This document shows, piece after piece, positions 63,501 to 64,000 of a stretch of 64,000 bases of DNA (its first letter is position 1; each line of letters begins with the position of its first letter). The position numbers and the translations under genes are program-made. The stretch is taken from contig CAJFCJ010000003.1 of assembly GCA_904063045.1 (NCBI GenBank), forward strand, positions 1,116,001 to 1,180,000, written 5' to 3'. Source of the stretch: Dimorphilus gyrociliatus (lineage: Eukaryota > Animalia > Annelida). The notes under the pieces are model-generated. The model was given only the letters and a program-made list of their open reading frames with translations, was not told where the DNA came from and searched no databases.

Positions 63501-64000
63501 ACTTAAAATTGTTTTATTAAAGAAAATTAACTACTTAAAGAGAAAAAGGAATAAAAAATAAGCTAAGAAATTAAACTTACAGCCGTAGAAATTGTATAAA
63601 TTTCTTATCTCGTAGTTTAGTTCATTTGATGATGGTATTGAAAGCGCCTCCTTTGTTTAAATGGCTTTAGACTAATCAAGCGTCGTACACCCGTTTAAAT
63701 CGAAACCAGTTTAAGTTAGTTGCTACTTAAAAGATAACTTAGTTCATTCTACGTCCTTGATACTTTCCCTTTAGTTTTACGAGCGATCGTTTGGCATTCT
63801 TTTACTAAGCTCTTCGCTGGCTAGCAATTAGTGCGAATATTTCGTCCGACTTCAAACGACGGTAAACTGTTGGAGGAAATCGCGATTTATAGGTTTGAGA
63901 GATTTTTTTTTTAAAGTTTATGTGACGTTCAAAACGAGCGCGTTCGATTATTCATTTTGCACGTTTTGCATCTGTCCCCTACACCTGTCAGTATTTAGCA

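Larger units (their letters stand above)
28100..64000. other. Coding-poor region: regulatory landscape or large intron(s)
   Basis: No ORF over ~130 aa, and listed ORFs are low-complexity or microsatellite-derived. Recurrent 200-1000 nt CpG/GC-richer blocks (e.g. 29760-30520, 32400-33180, 35500-36330, 37730-38400, 46170-47100, 49400-51360, 55670-56200, 58980-59430, 61180-61560) alternate with AT-rich spacers. Confidence 0.7.

Noticed and set aside
28100-64000. Homeobox/Hox cluster, tRNA, rRNA or CRISPR array
   Set aside because: No WFxNRR-type exon, tRNA cloverleaf, rRNA motif or regular repeat-spacer array seen on either strand by eye.

Overview
AT-rich metazoan genomic DNA with very short introns (many 53-80 nt), consistent with a compact invertebrate genome, probably spiralian (inference only). 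The first ~27.5 kb is gene-dense: p24alpha/TMED9-like (+), a possible small antisense gene (-), PAIP2 (+), an intronless secreted PAN-like/C-type lectin gene (+), TMEM255-like (-), a domesticated pogo/CENP-B-type transposase gene (-) and, head-to-head with it, a ~870-aa multi-zinc-finger gene (+). The last ~36 kb has no recognisable coding gene. It consists of CpG/GC-richer blocks separated by AT-rich and microsatellite spacers, with CTCF-like, YY1/ETS and CRE/E-box motifs and one strong orphan exon candidate, so it looks like a regulatory landscape or a very large intron. Highlights read directly from the sequence: (1) two independent tandem-duplicated, frame-enforced mutually exclusive exon pairs, in TMED9 and TMEM255; (2) a catalytically degenerate pogo-derived protein with a second complete psq+CENP-B DNA-binding module after the DDE domain; (3) its divergent neighbour carries KNTARKST, 7/8 identical to histone H3 K4-T11, a candidate H3K9 mimic. 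All gene models were assembled by eye from GT/GC-AG boundaries and frame continuity; family assignments are from remembered motifs, not database searches. Motif counts are manual and approximate.
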